The translations under genes and the position numbers were made by a program. From Toensbergia leucococca (Eukaryota), in NCBI GenBank assembly GCA_022813965.1, contig JALDZS010000143.1, positions 1-63,092 of the forward strand: a stretch of DNA of 63,092 nt. The letters are read 5' to 3'. How positions within the stretch are numbered: the stretch's first letter is position 1; every line of letters begins with the position of its first letter. Positions 37,601 to 49,016 of the stretch are shown piece by piece. The notes below the pieces were generated by a model that was not told where the DNA came from, did no database searches, and saw only the letters and a program-made list of their open reading frames with translations.

Positions 37601-39957
37601 AAAAATTCAAACCAAAGAGACTTGGGCCAGAAGCTCATGAGCAGCGTCATGAGCCAGGCTCATCTACGCCACATCCAATTACCCTTCCGCCTAAGCCACC
37701 GCAGTCTTATCCAGGGCCCCAAGAACCAGGCCGTCTTGTATCTGGCCATTCTTCCGACCTCTATCAGCTCCAGATGGATGAAATGGCGAGGCATGCACGT
37801 GAGATATGGTTCGCGACCTCGGGTATCAAAGATCTTCCGGGCAGTGTTCGTATCTCGATTGTCATTCACCACGTGGTTGCGAGGTTCGTGGCTAAGTATA
37901 CGAACGAACCCAGTCTAGCAATGTTCATTGATGGCATTGAACATAATCCCTTGATGAGACCCGTTAGAAGTCTGAATGGCTTGGCTTGTAAAACATGTGT
38001 CACCAATGGAAATGGTCCCGGGGTGATGCACCACTCTCACCCTCAGTTTTCTCTGGCCGAAAGAAGGTTGTATACTCTACCGCATCTTCTTAGCCACTTC
38101 AAGCAAGTACACCTGGAAAGACCGACATCATCGTACATCCCACAAGCCGGTCTCGAGACTCCGAGACCAAATTGGAAGCTTGATATGGTGGAGCTCCCTG
38201 ATAGCGCGCTCATAGCGGATTTGATCAAGGCTCCGGGAATGGACGATGCGAAGCTGAAACTCATTGCTTGGGTTTTCCCACAAGCATTTCCTTCTCCCTT
38301 GCCAAGAGTTGGAACTGCAGGAAACGCAGGTCCTGTACCGATATATAGAGAAGAATACAACAATGGATCTCGAGTCGGGCCTCTTGCGCAGACGGGTCAG
38401 GTACCAGTGAGCACTCTTACAGTATCCTCGTCTAAATTTGAGGGCCAGAACGATTATCGGTCTGATAGCAGGCCGCAGAGCGCGCTTCGATCGTCGTCGG
38501 AGGCAGCACGGTTATCCGAGCCGCCAGGGGAGGATGAGTACGATCCTCACAGACCCGCTTATCTGGGTAGAATTGTAAGATCTGAAATGACCTCTAGTCA
38601 GTCCCGGAAACAATCACGAGACGCGCAAGTTAGTAATGGGAAGCGAACGCCGACGCGAGCTCGACAGAACTATTATGAGTACTTGGCATCCGGTGGGCCT
38701 GGCACTGCTTTGTCCCGACGGAATGTCTTAGAGGATCATTTCGATACACCTCTCCAGCACTCTAAAAGTTCACCACCCCCACGAAACTCGACTACTTCTC
38801 GAGTCGAGGGTCGTTTTGAGAATAACTACCTTGACCCTCTCGAGCAAGAAGCTCGCACCGGTGCTAAAAGAAATGACAAAGGTTTGGAGCATGGTGCAGA
38901 ACCCAGGCACATTTCAGAAGACGGTGAAGTGAATGAAGACCTAGCTGCCAAGAAAGTTGGAGTAGGAAAACCGTCACTTAGGGAAGATCTCAGTGCTGTA
39001 GACCAGTTCCTGAACGGGTTCAAGCTCCGTTCGGATTCCAAAGAGTATGATCGTGAGGTAGTTCGGCCTGAGTATGGATCAGATGATGCGCCCCCGTCGT
39101 ATTGGGTCAATGATCGTGAGGATAGGCGGCGTCCGAAGCGTGTTGACGAAGCACCAAATACTTCAAGCCTCCGAAATGACCTCCAAGGTCGAAACGGGCA
39201 AGAAAGTAATCTTTATCCCAGCACCGTACTGATCGGCCCTTCGGAATCAAGTGATAGCCACAGGGTGACTCCGCTGCAGGGGTCAACGAGTCATGTTCAA
39301 TTTGGCGAAGAGTACCGGCCATCTTCGCAGGTACAGCGGCCCTATTCTGATACGGGAATGAATGGGCGTTTGTCGGCAAACCAAGCTATTCGTGGAAATA
39401 TTATGCCCCCACTGATATACGACCGCTACGGAATCGACGAAGACGAATCTCAGAGCGGATATAGTCGTCTCGAAATACCGCGAGCCTTGAAATACCGTAG
39501 TCGATCAAGATCCCCAGAATTGGCTCCAGTCGAATCGACTTACACCCGCGCGAGAAGTCCAATACCCAATCATCGACAGGAGACAATTTACCGCGTTCGC
39601 TCCCCGTCTTTGCATGACCATACTCGTCCCCGAAGAGTTGTGGGCTATGAATACGAACCAAACGATTATCAATATATTGAAGACCGAGAATACCCTGAGA
39701 AGCAATATCGACAGCGCGTTGAATACATACCTGTGAGGGTAGGGGACCACAGGCCTGTAGAGTCAAGCCGTTACGTAGTAGCGCAGCCAATTAGCCAGAG
39801 AGCACCAGTTGATTATTTGCCATTCGAGCGAGGCTTTGATGGGGAACAAGTGTTCTCATACGAACGAAATGGACAAGTCTATCACGCCGGGCCACGGACA
39901 CACCCACCACGACAAAGTCGAGGCCCTCCTTCCTCTGTACAAGATTATGGGTACTAG
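34646..39957 (+). CDS. Large (~1700 aa) F-box-like / zinc-finger protein of unknown function, 3 exons
   Basis: F-box-like LPAELWQHVFCFVPPVFLGRLLRVNRAF; CQIC...CGSC; CNGC..HYAAKH; CKTC..HFKQVH; disordered C-terminal half. Introns ~35632-35699 and ~36213-36286 join the ORFs. Confidence 0.8.
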
Positions 39958-40854
39958 GCAAACCCAGCATTGGAGACTTATTCCAATCGATTATGATTCA
40001 TGGTAACAGATACGCTGTAGCCACTACTTTCAAACAGACGTCGATAATCATACTCTACACGGGTATGCGATTAACGGACAACAGCTTGAGAGCAGGAGAC
40101 ATCGTGTTTGCACCTTCTTCGCGGGAACATCAGTAATACTGATGACGCAAATTTCAATTAGGCCTCAAAAGTGTGCAGAGCCATTCAGGAGCAATGTGCC
40201 ACTGCGTGTCCTTTGCCGTCTTGTGTTCTTTTCTTTAAGGATGGCGAACAGCTTCAGGTTTCAGTCATCCGAATCTCCAAGCGCATCGTGTTTTACTTTG
40301 TTTACAGATTTGTCGAAGTTCGTGTCTAAGGCTTTCCTTTCCTTGGAGCCGGTACTCTCGTAGATTGGCTTGTGCTTCATGCTGTTTGCGTTTCCCGTCG
40401 TGGGAACTTTTCCAATCTCTTCTCGGTGTTGCGGCGTCGTGTATCATCCGAGGGACAAAGACAAGAATGTACTTGTACAAGTTGGATGGAGGCGAAATTT
40501 AACGAGGCCAAGGGTTTCCAGAAATGTACTCAGTAGTATGTGTTTGTTTCGATAAGAGTCGTGTTCAGGCAGATGCGGGTAGCAAGCGCAGGTTACAAAC
40601 ACTGCGAGGGCAGGTCGTTGAGTTGTCGAAGGCTACAAACATGCTTCATCATCAGTAGTGTTGTCTCCTGTACTTGTAGATTGCGGAAACAGCGAGAAGG
40701 CTCATTGTATGTTTATATGTAGTACATGTACTGGTATGTTCTTCCCATTTTGAGAGACAAGTGAGACATCTCCAAAGTAGACGGACAACAAGGTAGAGTA
40801 CTAGGTAATGATTAGCACTCCATCATTGCCAACGTTCCTGGCTGCTTGACCGGT

Positions 40855-43800
40855 ATGGAGTCATCTTCACGTTTCGAGCAGCGTCAAACACCCCACAGCG
40901 ATGATGACGAAGCACGGGACAGCCGGTCAATATTGGAACCCCAAGATGGCACTCGGGCGCGAGAATCCTCAATTCTGGTACAGACCGAGCAGCAAGAAGA
41001 CCAATATCAGAATGCACACGAAGACCGAGACCATGATGCTGGCGACACCACACCCACCGACACTTCGCATCAAGAATTCCTGCCCAGGGACCAGCAGACA
41101 AGAACAGCGTATTACAATCGCGCCTCCGAAAAGTCCCTCAGTCAGGCAGAAGCCAAGCTTTTCTACCAGAGACATCAGTTGGAGACTTCGCAGCATGAAC
41201 AACAGACTCAGAGCCCCCTGCTTTCGGGGCGGACTCTCCCATCAAGCTTCGATGGTGAAACCGCAAAGCTAAGCAGGACGGCTAGCATAACTTCACCGAG
41301 GAGTGCTCGAAGTGCCGTACCTTCAGGAACTGCAACTACAGAAAAGCCAGTGCACAACATAGACGCACAACCTCGAGACCATTCACACCTCGAGTCTCAT
41401 GCCTCTAATAACAATCTAGAGACAAATGACCAGTCCATCAGTACTAGTCAACCACTGAGAAGCCATGCAGACCATTCGAGACTCCATGATAGACACAAGT
41501 CCCCTATCTCGGCTTCTGAAGGTGTTCGCAGTTCTGGTGCTGGAATCGAGAGCTACAAGACAAATGATGGCGTTGTTGCCTCAGAGTTAAGTGTCATCTA
41601 CACCAACATCCAAAAAGTCTTGGATATCCGCCATAAATACATCCGGCTCTCGTTGCAAGGATCGAGTGATAATCCCAAGGACGACCCTAGCTGGAATATT
41701 TATCCCCCACCCCCAGAGCCTGTTTGGGACGACGACAAGGACCGACCAATAGGATCTGAGTCCGGTGCGAATAGTCTAAGCAACAGTAAAGTCCTTTCCT
41801 CAGAGTACGATCGACCAGGGAGCAATCCAAAGTACCAACCTGGTTCTGCAACAGGGGACCAGAACCAACAACTACCGCCTTCACCTGCGAGGAAGCGAAG
41901 AAAACCAGGTCAGGATATTGGAGAGGACTTTGACATGTCAGATCTCCTGCCTCTGCCAGAGGAGGCAGAAATGACATTCAAATTGGATCCTAAAAGTGTT
42001 TATCAGGTCTATGAGAATGCAAACTCAGAAGAGTTAGAAACACCCATTCTGAATATACCAACGATACGTGATTTTTACATGGATCTTGACGAAATCTTGA
42101 ACGTGTCGTCTGATGGGCCGAGCAAGAGCTTCGCATTCCGAAGGCTTCAATATCTGGAGGGAAAATTCAATCTGTATGTTTTGTTGAATGGGTACCAAGA
42201 AGTGGCAGACAGCAAGAGAGTGCCTCATAGGGACTTCTACAACGTCAGAAAAGTAGATACACATGTGCACCATTCGGCCTGTATGAACCAAAAGCACCTC
42301 CTGCGTTTTATCAAAAGCAAGATGAAGAAGTCGCCCGATGAGATAGTCATGTTTAGGGATGGGAAACACCTGACTCTTAAAGAGGTCTTCGAGAGCATCA
42401 ATTTAACTGCATATGATCTTAGTATTGACACTCTAGATATGCATGTATGTTGGCGTCGGTTTCGCACAAAACTACCTCCAGAAGGCCGTGCTAAAACCCA
42501 GCGTAGGCTCATACAGACTCGTTCCATCGTTTTGACAAATTCAACCTCAAGTATAACCCGATAGGAGAATCCAGACTACGGACCATTTTTTTGAAAACAG
42601 ATAATTTCATCAATGGGCGCTATCTTGCCGGGATAACTAAGGAGGTAATCGCTGACCTCGAATCTAGCAAATACCAGATGGTGGAGTGGCGTATATCCAT
42701 TTACGGCCGAGACCTTGAAGAATGGGACAAACTCGCAGCCTGGGTAGTAGACAATAAGCTATTTTCTCACAATGTGCGGTGGCTAATCCAAATTCCTCGA
42801 CTATACGATGTGTACAAGTCTACAGGCCTGGTAGACACGTTCCAGCAGGTCATCGTCAATCTCTTCCAGCCGTTGTTTGAAGTCACGAGAGATCCATCGA
42901 AGCATCCGAAACTGTATGTGTTCCTACAACGAGTTGTAGGCTTCGACAGCGTTGATGACGAGAGCAAGGTCGAGCGCCGCGTATACAAAAAATTTCCTCC
43001 GCCCAAGGATTGGAATACTAAACAAAATCCACCGTACAGTTACTGGATCTATTATTTGTTTGCCAATATAGCTTCTCTGAATGTTTGGCGGAAGCAGCGA
43101 GCCTTCAATACCTTCGTTCTTCGACCGCATTGTGGCGAAGCCGGCGATACAGACCACTTGGCAGCTGCGGTGTTATGCTGCCATAGTATCAGCCATGGTT
43201 TGCTGCTAAGAAAGGTTCCTCTATTGCAGTACATATTTTATCTTGAGCAGATTGGCATTGCAATGTCCCCTCTCAGCAACAATGCCCTGTTCCTGTCGTA
43301 CGATAGGAATCCTCTTCTACCATATTTCAAACGGGGTATGAATGTTTCCCTTTCAACAGACGACCCGCTGCAATTTGCTTTTACGAAAGAGCCTCTCATA
43401 GAGGAATATTCGGTTGCTGCACAAATTTACAAGCTGAGTGCTGTCGACATGTGCGAGCTTGCTCAACACTCGGTCGTTCAGAGTGGCTTTGAACATTCTA
43501 TCAAGCAAAGATGGCTTGGGGCCGACTATCATCTTCCAGGAGTGCAAGGTAATAACGTTGCAAAAAGCAATGTGCCAAATATCAGGGAGGCATTTAGGCA
43601 TGAAACATTGATACAGGAGCTTTCCATGTCAGTGAGCCTCATGGAGACCCGTATGCAAACCTAATAAATTCATATTTGTAGGATCGATCGATATACTGTC
43701 GGAGACTCGGCGACTAGGGCAGTCTCCACTTTCCACTTACCACCTCCAGTGCCACCGAATTATCAGCCGCAGGCATCCCCGTCACCTTCTGCATCGATGC

Positions 43801-44291
43801 GTACTATTCCATCTAATGCAAACTTGAATTGGCCGCCGCCAAGTCGTCAACAGGTCTCCCAGCAAAGCGCAATTCTCCCCAATGACGCTACGACATATCC
43901 AGCACCTCCGCTAGCTGCTCAAACAGCACGTAATTCAGGATTACATTCGAATGTTGATAAGAGAGGCCCGGATAGCCAGCGCTTACAACAGACAGACAGT
44001 AAATCAGCAAGAGCCTCCTCGACAGCATCGAGCAGTCATGCATGGGCGGATGGAATGGGTCAATATCATATCAACGGGGTGCAACCAAGAATGTTCCCGG
44101 GGCTCGTTCATGAAAGAACAAGAAGGGGAAGCATTCGGCAGGGGAGCAGCTCCGACAATGACCCAGACTTCTCTGCAGGAGCTGGAATGGGAATGTCGAG
44201 ATTAAATATTTCGGAGAATGAGGGACTTGAGCTTGACAAAGCAGTGACAAAGGAGTCATACGAAGGAAAATTCGATGACGATGACCCCTGA
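40855..44291 (+). CDS. AMD1: AMP deaminase
   Basis: RDFYNVRKVDTHVHHSACMNQKHLLRFIK, RPHCGEAG, SPLSNNALF, SLSTDDPLQF. Introns ~42445-42507 and ~43628-43681. Confidence 0.96.
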
Positions 44292-44712
44292 ACTAAGACT
44301 TATCCACAGCATCAGTAGGTTGACACTTCTCTCTTTGCGAGGCAATCCAGCGCTTCATTGTAATCCGAACTCTTTCGTTATTGATGGTAGAGAATGGAGA
44401 TTCTTTTTAGTGGGCAAGAAAGAAGTCAAATCGAGCTTTCCCAACTAGATATTGAGGTTTTAATTAGTGTGTTGTGCCTCGGTTGAACATAGCAATGTGA
44501 AATACGAATAGAATAGGGGTCAGGGGCTCCCGTGTTGCCCGAAAAGTCGGCTACCGTAGGATTTGTCTACTCTATTAGGCAGACTCAGACCCGACCACAA
44601 CGACGATTGCAAATGCTTCGCTCTTGGACTTTGTACGCATGTGACAGACAGCATATTATCAGTAGCAGTGCAGTATGATATCCGTCAGAGCTCTGCCTAG
44701 TGCCAAGTGGCC

Positions 44713-47373
44713 ATGCCTCCACCCCCGGCAAAGAGACAGAAAAGGTTGATAGTCCTAAGCTCCGATGATGAAGAATACACAGCGTCAGAGAAGGAGAACG
44801 CGAAGTCAAAGTTGAAGCATTTGGAGACAGAGTCCAAACTAAAACTTACTTTGCCATCGCAATCAGCAACTGCGAACACCTCGCCTGAAAAATACCCTCG
44901 GAAGTCGAAACCTACTGGGAAACAACGAAGCTCAAGATCTGTATATACTTTCTTCAGTGCTGCCACTAAGCAGCCCATTCTCAAAGGCGCTTCGAAGTCA
45001 GAGGTTGCGGAGGTCGAGGTCGAGGAAGAGGAGGATGATTTCATACAAGATGATTCACTTGACGACGAGCTGCGCCAATTGCCAGAAACACTCAGGACAG
45101 CCAAACTTGTTCTTGACCGACGAAAAGGGCAAGCCGTATCCTCTCGGAGCGTTTCTACCTCAGCCGCGTGCCATAAATTACCACCGATTGCGAGCCAGAG
45201 GTTTATGAGACCCGGGAAGACCTATGGCGAGGGGATTGTGACCCAGAAAGACGTCGCTTCGGGCGATGCGGACTTGCGGTCTTGGGCAGAGAAGTACGCG
45301 CCTATAGGTCTGGAAGAGCTTGCTGTGCACAAGAAGAAGGTTGCAGATGTACGCAACTGGCTAGAGACTATCTTCAATGGTCAAATGCACAAGGTATGCC
45401 CATATTGGATACCCTCGGTAATTCATATGCCGATGCTAATAGTCTCTCAGAGACTTCTACTTTTAAAAGGGCCTTCGGGCAGTGGCAAGACTGCTACCAT
45501 CTCAGCTCTGGCCCAAGTCATGGATTTCAGTATAACCGAATGGAAGAATCCTATTGGGTCGGACTTTTTATCTGAAGGGTTTATTTCAATGTCCGCTCAG
45601 TTCGAAGACTTTCTTGGACGGAGCGGCAAGTTTGGTAGCCTGTCATTCGCTGAGAATGACCAATTACATATACAGCCGATGCTTGCGCCTGAAGCTGAGA
45701 ACACAAAGAACAAGATCATACTGCTTGAAGAATTCCCAAACACGTTCGCACAGACGTCTAGTGCGTTACAATCCTTTCGACTGAGTATTCTTCGGTACTT
45801 ATCGACCGATACACGATTGCCGAAACATCCTGGGTCACCTGCGAGCATAACACCGCTTGTTATGATTATATCAGAGACTTTGCTGACTACAACGACCGCT
45901 TCCGCTGATAGCTTCACCGCTCATCGTCTACTGGGTCCAGACATCATGAATCATCCTCGCATGAGGGTTATAGAATTCAATCCTGTCGCTACTACATTTC
46001 TTACCAAGGCCTTGGAACTAGTGGCCAAGAAAGAAGCTCGGCACTCGGGAAGGCGAAGAACTCCTGGGCAGGCGGTTCTGCAAAGGCTGGGCGAAGTCGG
46101 TGATGTCCGAAGCGCTATTGCATCTCTAGAATTCCTGTGTTTACGAGGAGATATCGGGAGTGACTGGGGTGGCAGAGTTGCTGAAAGACTCAGGAAAGGA
46201 GCTAAAATCTCATCCTCGATGACTGATATGGAAAGGGAATCTATGGTCGCTGTCACTCAGCGGGAAGCTACTTTAGGCATATTCCATGCCGTTGCGAAGG
46301 TGGTCTATAACAAACGTGAAGATGTGATTCCCTCTGGATCAACTCTGCGACCTCCCCCCCAGCCTCCAGACCACTTTCCGCAACATGCTCGGCTCAAGCA
46401 TTCTCAAATTTCTGTGGATGAACTCATAGATGAGCTCGGTACCGACACACAAACATTTATTGCTGCTTTACACGAGAATTATATGCTATCCTGCCAAGGT
46501 GTTTCTCCGATAGAATGTGTGAACGACTGCATAGATGCTCTGTCTGACAGCGATCTTCTTAGCTCCGACCGAAATGGTAGACTTGGGTATGGAAATATTG
46601 GCGGCGGTTTAAAGGGAGGTAATTTCCAAGGAGCAGGATCGGACGGTACGAGGCAAAACGAAATCTCATTTCAGATTGCTGTACGGGGAATTCTATTTGC
46701 ACTGCCCACTCCCGTGAATCGACACGCAAAACCGTCGCTCAGAGCGAGCACACGTAGCAGTAAGGGCGAAGCGTTCAAGATGTTTTACCCGACCTCTTCA
46801 AAATTATGGAGGCAAAGAGAAGAGATCGAAAGCCTTGTCATTGGCTGGACCAATCAATCTATGACCGGTTCACCTCTCCTAGAGACTATGAGCGGACGTG
46901 TGATGAGTGCCGATCAGAAGACTGGCTCCATCGAGAATTGGAATCGCAACTTACTACCTTCTGATGCGTGCCATGGCTCCGTGTCTCCATCTTCAGAAAC
47001 TCCTTCAGCTTCCCTGATCATCAGCAACAAAGTCAATTTAACCGAGATGATACTCGAAAGACTACCCTATATTGCCAAAATCAAACATAATACCCTCGAT
47101 CCAATTCACCGTCACGAACTAGAGCAGATAACTCAATTTCATGGCTTAGGAATCCCAACTGATGAAACATCAGATAACAACGAGACAACACCAATGGCCA
47201 CAGAACGGGTCTCTGAACCTACCGCCGAAGAAAGATGGTCCATATCCAACAGCAGAGCCGGCCAGGTCAGACGAAGCGGAGAAAAGGGTAGTCAGGGCCT
47301 CAGGCTCGCATCGCCTTTTGAGAGTTCCAATGGAAAATTGTTGCTCAGCGACGACGATATTGAGGACGATTAG
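44713..47373 (+). CDS. RAD17: Checkpoint clamp loader Rad17 (S. cerevisiae Rad24), AAA+
   Basis: WAEKYAP..LEELAVHKKKV, Walker A GPSGSGKT, LLEEFPN, GDVRSAI, FHAVAKVVYNKR, C-terminal SDDDIEDD. Intron 45394-45450. Confidence 0.93.
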   Translation: MPPPPAKRQKRLIVLSSDDEEYTASEKENAKSKLKHLETESKLKLTLPSQSATANTSPEKYPRKSKPTGKQRSSRSVYTFFSAATKQPILKGASKSEVAEVEVEEEEDDFIQDDSLDDELRQLPETLRTAKLVLDRRKGQAVSSRSVSTSAACHKLPPIASQRFMRPGKTYGEGIVTQKDVASGDADLRSWAEKYAPIGLEELAVHKKKVADVRNWLETIFNGQMHKVCPYWIPSVIHMPMLIVSQRLLLLKGPSGSGKTATISALAQVMDFSITEWKNPIGSDFLSEGFISMSAQFEDFLGRSGKFGSLSFAENDQLHIQPMLAPEAENTKNKIILLEEFPNTFAQTSSALQSFRLSILRYLSTDTRLPKHPGSPASITPLVMIISETLLTTTTASADSFTAHRLLGPDIMNHPRMRVIEFNPVATTFLTKALELVAKKEARHSGRRRTPGQAVLQRLGEVGDVRSAIASLEFLCLRGDIGSDWGGRVAERLRKGAKISSSMTDMERESMVAVTQREATLGIFHAVAKVVYNKREDVIPSGSTLRPPPQPPDHFPQHARLKHSQISVDELIDELGTDTQTFIAALHENYMLSCQGVSPIECVNDCIDALSDSDLLSSDRNGRLGYGNIGGGLKGGNFQGAGSDGTRQNEISFQIAVRGILFALPTPVNRHAKPSLRASTRSSKGEAFKMFYPTSSKLWRQREEIESLVIGWTNQSMTGSPLLETMSGRVMSADQKTGSIENWNRNLLPSDACHGSVSPSSETPSASLIISNKVNLTEMILERLPYIAKIKHNTLDPIHRHELEQITQFHGLGIPTDETSDNNETTPMATERVSEPTAEERWSISNSRAGQVRRSGEKGSQGLRLASPFESSNGKLLLSDDDIEDD

Positions 47374-49016
47374 CCGACGTCTCCAGACACGTTGTCACAT
47401 TTCATGATGCCTAGGCTTGATGGATGATTCGAGTCCGGTGGGTTCTAAAGTGAATGTAGTTGAGACTTCGTTGCATGGTACTAATTTACACGAGCTGGCG
47501 TCAGGAGTGCTGACCAAGCTCTCCAGGCAATACCAATGTTGCAGACGACCAAGTATATTAGATGGAGCCGAGGCCCAGTATCTCCAAGATCAAATTAGAG
47601 ATACTTACAGATAGACTTACCTACAATACGTGTGAGATTTGTGTCTGCTTGATGCCTTGGCGATCATCGCGCCAGTCTTTCCTGAAATAGAGAGTCATTC
47701 CTGTCGAAGGAAAAATGCACACATCAACCACGAACATGATTGTCCTAGCCTTGAACTATTGATACGACCATTCCTCCAGCTCTTTGAGGACCGATTCTTG
47801 GATTTGTCTGATGAATCCGGACATACCATTCCTACCAGACACCAAGCCAAAGTCAATTATATCCCCCAAGATTCTGCCTCTCCCCCTTCAGACGCCCAAA
47901 CACAATTTTTTTTGTCCGCAATTTATCCCCCTGGTCCCTAAGATGCTTCTTAGCCCGGTTCCCAAACTCGTCTCGTTTGTTCATCATCCCAAACCCGTCA
48001 TGCCCTTCGGTCTCCTCACTTTGCTCGTCTCCCCAGGCACCCACCCCTTCATCCACCAACCAGTCTCACTCCCAGGCCATTTAAAAAAGGTCAGTAAAAC
48101 ATCGTAATGTCGCGGCCTTGGTGTTACGAAGAGCTCATCACAGTAGGAGAGGAGGGAAACAGTGTCGGCACCTGGCCATCAGTTTTCTCCGAGATTCAGT
48201 TCAGAAAGACAGTACGGAGGCGGGACGTAAAACAGAAAAAAAAGAGGTGAATACACAGAAAACGCGCGGTCACAACGGGAGAGAGGACGGACTTTGTTTG
48301 CAAGACTCAGGAGCGCTCGTAAAGTTTGACTCGGTGACTACGGCTCAGAAATTCCTCGTCAGATGCATGTCTAGCTCTCTTTGGCATGAAAGACATTATT
48401 CAACGAAATTCTCGGGGAGCGTCCCGGATCACCAGCATTCTTTGGAATATGCAGGACTGAGATCCAAAGCACCGGTAGCAAGTGTTGCTTTTCTCAATGA
48501 AGAATCTAACGGACAACACTATACACGTTGATACAGGACAACTCCAACGGACTGTCGCCTGCCCCACAATGACCCTGATTTGTGCCTTGAATTGAATACT
48601 AGGGGAGTAATCAGGCCACTGGTGTAGACGGATCGAGGGTTGTACTGAATGACCGAATTCAACCAATGTGGGATACAGCGCTTATTTTAGAGTGGCACGA
48701 GTATAAGCCCACGTTCGGTGTGATAGATCGATGTCACTTGAAAACAAATTCAATCTAGGCTTTTCACTCATAATCGTTCTCCTTCACTTGAGAGGTACAT
48801 TGGAGGTATCTTGTAAGACCTCTTCTCTGATCTGCTCTCTAGCACTAGTGCAAATGATGCCATAGCTAAGGTACCCCCAGTAAAGCACACCTGATCTAGA
48901 AGTAGGCCCACCATATGTACAGCGAGGTTAAAGGTTGCAGCAAAAAAGGCAAATAGGCCGCTGTAGTATCCGTCAACAGCCACTAATGCGTCCCTTTCAC
49001 CTAGATCGTCTCGCCA

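Noticed and set aside
40140..40720. Small gene between the F-box gene and AMD1
   Set aside because: Only short ORFs with in-frame stops, no recognisable motif and no convincing splice model.
47400..49000. ORFs of 65-137 aa between RAD17 and the TTM-like gene
   Set aside because: No homology cues, mostly non-ATG starts, and mutually overlapping. An unannotated transcript cannot be excluded.
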